Assembly (NCBI GenBank): GCA_013416795.1
Contig: RQSC01000028.1
Span: forward strand, 342,534 to 406,533
Direction of reading: 5' to 3'
DNA from: Prasinococcaceae sp. CCMP 1430
Taxonomy: Eukaryota; Plantae; Prasinodermophyta
DNA length: 64,000 nucleotides
Part shown: positions 60,932 to 64,000 of the stretch, in pieces
Position numbering within the stretch: position 1 is the first letter of the stretch
Layout of the letters: each line of letters starts with the position of its first letter
Notes under the pieces: generated by a model
The model's database searches: none
Seen by the model: only the letters and a program-made list of their open reading frames with translations
What the model was told of the DNA's origin: nothing
Program-made: the position numbers and the translations under genes

Positions 60932-62607
60932 ATGGCGGCGGCGGAGCGGCGCGCGCGAACGGCGGCGGACGAGCGCACCGAGCGGCGGTACGTGACGTGC
61001 AACGCCATCGCCTCGTTCGTGCTCCTGCTATACTTCATGTTCGCCAAGATCGCCAACGGGCCCAGCGAAGCGGTCGTCGGAGGCGGCGTGCAGGACGGTG
61101 GGAGCATAGGCCTGAGCCGCACCGCAGTGACGTTTTCCCAAATGGGGCAGGAGGTGCCATGCAGTAGCGCGCACGTCGCGGCGGCGCACGCTGGCAGGCA
61201 TTGGTACCTCGAGGCGCAGGGCAGGCCTACCGCGCAGCGCCTGGGGCTGGACCACTGCTCCAAGTCGTCGTGGGTGGGCTATCTGCCCGTAGAGGCCGAG
61301 CAGGGCGTGACGCTGCCCGGGCGCGTCGCATCCCGCCGCTGCAAGTTCAACATGCTGCACGCGTGCAAGGACGGCTCGGCGCTCATGTACTCAGCACCAC
61401 TCGTGCGCAAGGAGTGGTCTGAGGCCCGCGGCGCCTTCCTGCGCGCGCACCGTCGCAGGGAGCCGAAGCTGCCGCGCGGCGTGGCCGTCGTGCACACGCC
61501 GTGCGAGGCCATGGGCGAGTCGCTCGGGCGCATCTGGCGCGGCGGCAGCACCACGTCTTTCGACGCTACGCTCGCGCAGCTGGATGCCATCCGCGCGCGC
61601 TCCTTCGACGGCACCAAGCGCGACTTCAGGGTGTTGCTGCTGGCGAGCAATCCGCCGCCGTGTGCGACGGACCTCCAAAAGGCGCAGGACACGCACTTCA
61701 GGGGCACGCAAGAGCAACTCCTCGAGTCGCTCGTGTGCGAAATGTCGGTGTCGATGTGCAAGTACACGCGAGATGCGCTCAAGGAATACATTGAGGCCAA
61801 GTCGCCCGTCGGCGCCGAGTACGCCACCACCTCGGTAGAGCTGCGCGACGCCGATGACGGGAACGACGAATTCATGCTCCTCGCGCGCGCGCCCGCGCTG
61901 GTAGGCTCGGCGACACCGAGCAGCCTCTTCGCAGCCGTGGCGGCCGCACGCAGTCAGGGCGCGACGATGATGCCGCGCAGCTCACAGCTGCTGAACAATC
62001 ATCCCAAGCCGCTGACCGCGCCTGCGATCGACATCGCCTGGTTTGAGTCTTGCGGCGTGAACGTGAACAGGCGGATCAACGAGCTCGCGCGAAACATCAC
62101 CTCTGAGCCGGTCAAGATGATAAGCAAGGTACAGCGCGCTGCAGCACCGGCGGCGGCAGCGAGCGACCGCTCCCGTTGCGGCGGTGCCTGCACCCCTGGC
62201 GTGCTGCGCTCGCACCTGCGCCCTCGTTTGATGCCACGAGCCCGCTTGCACGTCCCCGCGATCGCGCGCGAACGCTATCCCGACGCGTGGCTGACTGGCC
62301 GACGATGCTGGTCGCACACGCGCCGCTCAAGCTGCGCGACCGCGCGACGCATGCGGTAGACAGGCTCGCCGAGACAACGCTGGCGAGCCTGCGCAGGGCG
62401 TGTCCGGAGGCGTGGCCAGAGACGCGTGCACGAGAGGCCCTGCCCCCTCCTCTCCGGGAAGCTGCCCTGGCCACGACAGGGGGGGGCGACGGCGGCCGCG
62501 GCGGCGGCGGCGGCGCAAGCGCAGCCGCGAGCGCCCCAGCGCCAAGAGGGGCCGTCCGAGCGCGTGACGCGAGCGCCGGCTCAGAGGCAGGCAATACCTT
62601 CGGATGA
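60932..62607 (+). CDS. Hypothetical type-II membrane protein, possibly glycosyltransferase-like
   Basis: N-terminal basic segment plus a single TM (IASFVLLLYFMFAKIA), a Cys-rich luminal region with high GC3, and a phase-0 intron at 62129-62331. The motif DEFMLLARAPALVGS..SSL..AVAA resembles the C-terminal nucleotide-sugar-binding segment of GT-B fucosyltransferase-like enzymes (weak). Confidence 0.6.
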
Positions 62608-62855
62608 GCCGGCGACGTGCGCGCACGGCTGTGCGCGCGCTGTGATCTGCGTCGCGCCCCGCGCGTGTGTGGGGCGGAACTCCCAAACGAGACCGAGTGT
62701 AATATGGCAACTGGCGGGCGCGTCCTGCGGACCCGCGCCAACCTTGCGATGAAACGAGCGAGCGCAGCCGCCTGTCCTACACTGCACGCCCAGGAGAGCT
62801 CGAGCACGCGAGCCCACGGCCGGCCTGGCTGCGAGTGCTCTCTCTGCGTGCTTCC

Positions 62856-63260
62856 TCACTGCTGCTTGAGCACCTGCGCGTACGCCTCGAGGTCGGACTT
62901 GAGGTCAGAGAGGCGAACCTCCACGACCACGCGCACAGCCGCGCTTTGGACCGTCACGAGCGCATTGGCCGAAAACGCATCCGCCGCCATGTTCGGGTTG
63001 CAGAAGATCTCCAGGTGCGTGCCATCTGAGCCCGTAGCGCTCCAGTCCATGTTCTCGTACCGCGCGAGCGCGTCGCCGCCCTTGGCTTTATCGGAGAACG
63101 CTGCGAGCACCTCACGGAAGGCTGCTCCGAGCGTGCGCGCGTTCCCCTCCTCGAGCGGCAGCGCAACCACCGTCTCGCCGGCGTGCAGCGTGAGCGTCGC
63201 CGAGCGCGCGGGAGCGGACGCAGCGCCCGCCCCCGCCCCCGCGACCTCGGCGCCACCCAC
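62856..63260 (-). CDS. Conserved cyanobacterial/plastid-type hypothetical protein; 5' end falls in the N gap
   Basis: TLTLHAGETVVALPL...HLEIFCNPN...FSANALVTV...VRV..E..L..L..DL..Y resembles, from memory, a cyanobacterial hypothetical family with the LE(V/I)FCNPN motif. Confidence 0.65.
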   Translation of the reverse strand: MGGAEVAGAGAGAASAPARSATLTLHAGETVVALPLEEGNARTLGAAFREVLAAFSDKAKGGDALARYENMDWSATGSDGTHLEIFCNPNMAADAFSANALVTVQSAAVRVVVEVRLSDLKSDLEAYAQVLKQQ

Positions 63261-63269
63261 CGCGGCCGC

Positions 63270-63613
63270 NNNNNNNNNNNNNNNNNNNNNNNNNNNNNNN
63301 NNNNNNNNNNNNNNNNNNNNNNNNNNNNNNNNNNNNNNNNNNNNNNNNNNNNNNNNNNNNNNNNNNNNNNNNNNNNNNNNNNNNNNNNNNNNNNNNNNNN
63401 NNNNNNNNNNNNNNNNNNNNNNNNNNNNNNNNNNNNNNNNNNNNNNNNNNNNNNNNNNNNNNNNNNNNNNNNNNNNNNNNNNNNNNNNNNNNNNNNNNNN
63501 NNNNNNNNNNNNNNNNNNNNNNNNNNNNNNNNNNNNNNNNNNNNNNNNNNNNNNNNNNNNNNNNNNNNNNNNNNNNNNNNNNNNNNNNNNNNNNNNNNNN
63601 NNNNNNNNNNNNN
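63270..63613. other. Assembly gap (N run)
   Basis: Run of N. Confidence 1.
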
Positions 63614-63888
63614 CGCGCGGGGGCGGGCGCGCCGGGGCCGCGCCACAGGGCGCGCCTCGCGCCGTGCACCTGCCGCGCCGCGCTCAGGGGCGTCGGAAGT
63701 GCACTCCTCCATCGCGCCGAGGCGCCGGGGCGGGCCAAGAGGGGGAGCGGGCAGGAGGGGCTGCTGCTCCCACCGCAGGGCCGCGTACGCGCCTCGCGAC
63801 TTGTGGCGAGCGGCCGGGAGGAGGGGGGGCACAGGAAGAGGGGGCCGACGCAGCAGCGGCCGGCTTCGCGCGGGCTCCTCCGGGTGCC

Positions 63889-64000
63889 ATGGGTGGACCG
63901 ATCGAGTACGTGCCGCAGGGCCCGGACGTGGACGACCACGCGCCCGCGGCGCTCGACCAGCGCTTCGCGCAGCTCGACTCGAAGCGCGGCGCGTGGACAG
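63889..64000 (+). CDS. Partial ORF running off the window end
   Basis: ATG 63889 opens a frame with strong GC3 bias (MGGPIEYVPQGPDVDDHAPAALDQRFAQLDSKRGAWT). Confidence 0.4.
   Translation, partial: MGGPIEYVPQGPDVDDHAPAALDQRFAQLDSKRGAWT

Noticed and set aside
1-64000. CRISPR arrays, transposases, integrases, viral genes, rRNA or tRNA
   Set aside because: No direct-repeat/spacer arrays, TIR/TSD-flanked elements, RT/integrase motifs or rRNA/tRNA signatures were seen by eye.

Overview
This is a gene-dense, very GC-rich eukaryotic nuclear window with short GT-AG spliceosomal introns (about 85-320 nt; donors GTGCGC/GTGAGC/GTACGC; CTGAC/CTAAC branch-like motifs). Plastid- and cyanobacterial-type genes, TGTAA motifs at several gene ends and the intron style suggest a green alga, probably prasinophyte-like (inference; the organism is not identifiable from sequence alone). 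About 30 protein-coding genes can be supported. Housekeeping and trafficking genes: TBC1D22/GYP1, TTI1, DusA-type Dus, POC1, PQ-loop transporter, HPS5/TECPR2-like, ankyrin-DHHC PAT, fimbrin, bL12, DAP3/mS29, GNOM/GBF1 ARF-GEF, SCC2/NIPBL, RAD51C, TMA7, MON1 and a CaMK-like kinase. Plastid- or bacterial-type genes: bifunctional nuclease, bestrophin/UPF0187, CreA, DUF3067, a DUF900-like hydrolase and DUF1348. Several genes are uncharacterised. I found no rRNA, tRNA, CRISPR array or transposase. There are two N gaps (19503-19747, 63270-63613) and single Ns at 12043 and 50724. The best leads are: a large protein with tandem DUF4347-like domains, a DUF1348 protein with a novel duplicated N-terminal motif, an intron-bearing bacterial-type DUF900 hydrolase, a PH+ARM protein, a shared telo-box/E2F/CHR-like promoter cassette upstream of SCC2 and of an unknown SP/TP-rich gene, and an apparently truncated bL21 gene overlapping a small antisense membrane ORF. 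All family calls come from motif recognition by eye; no database search was run.
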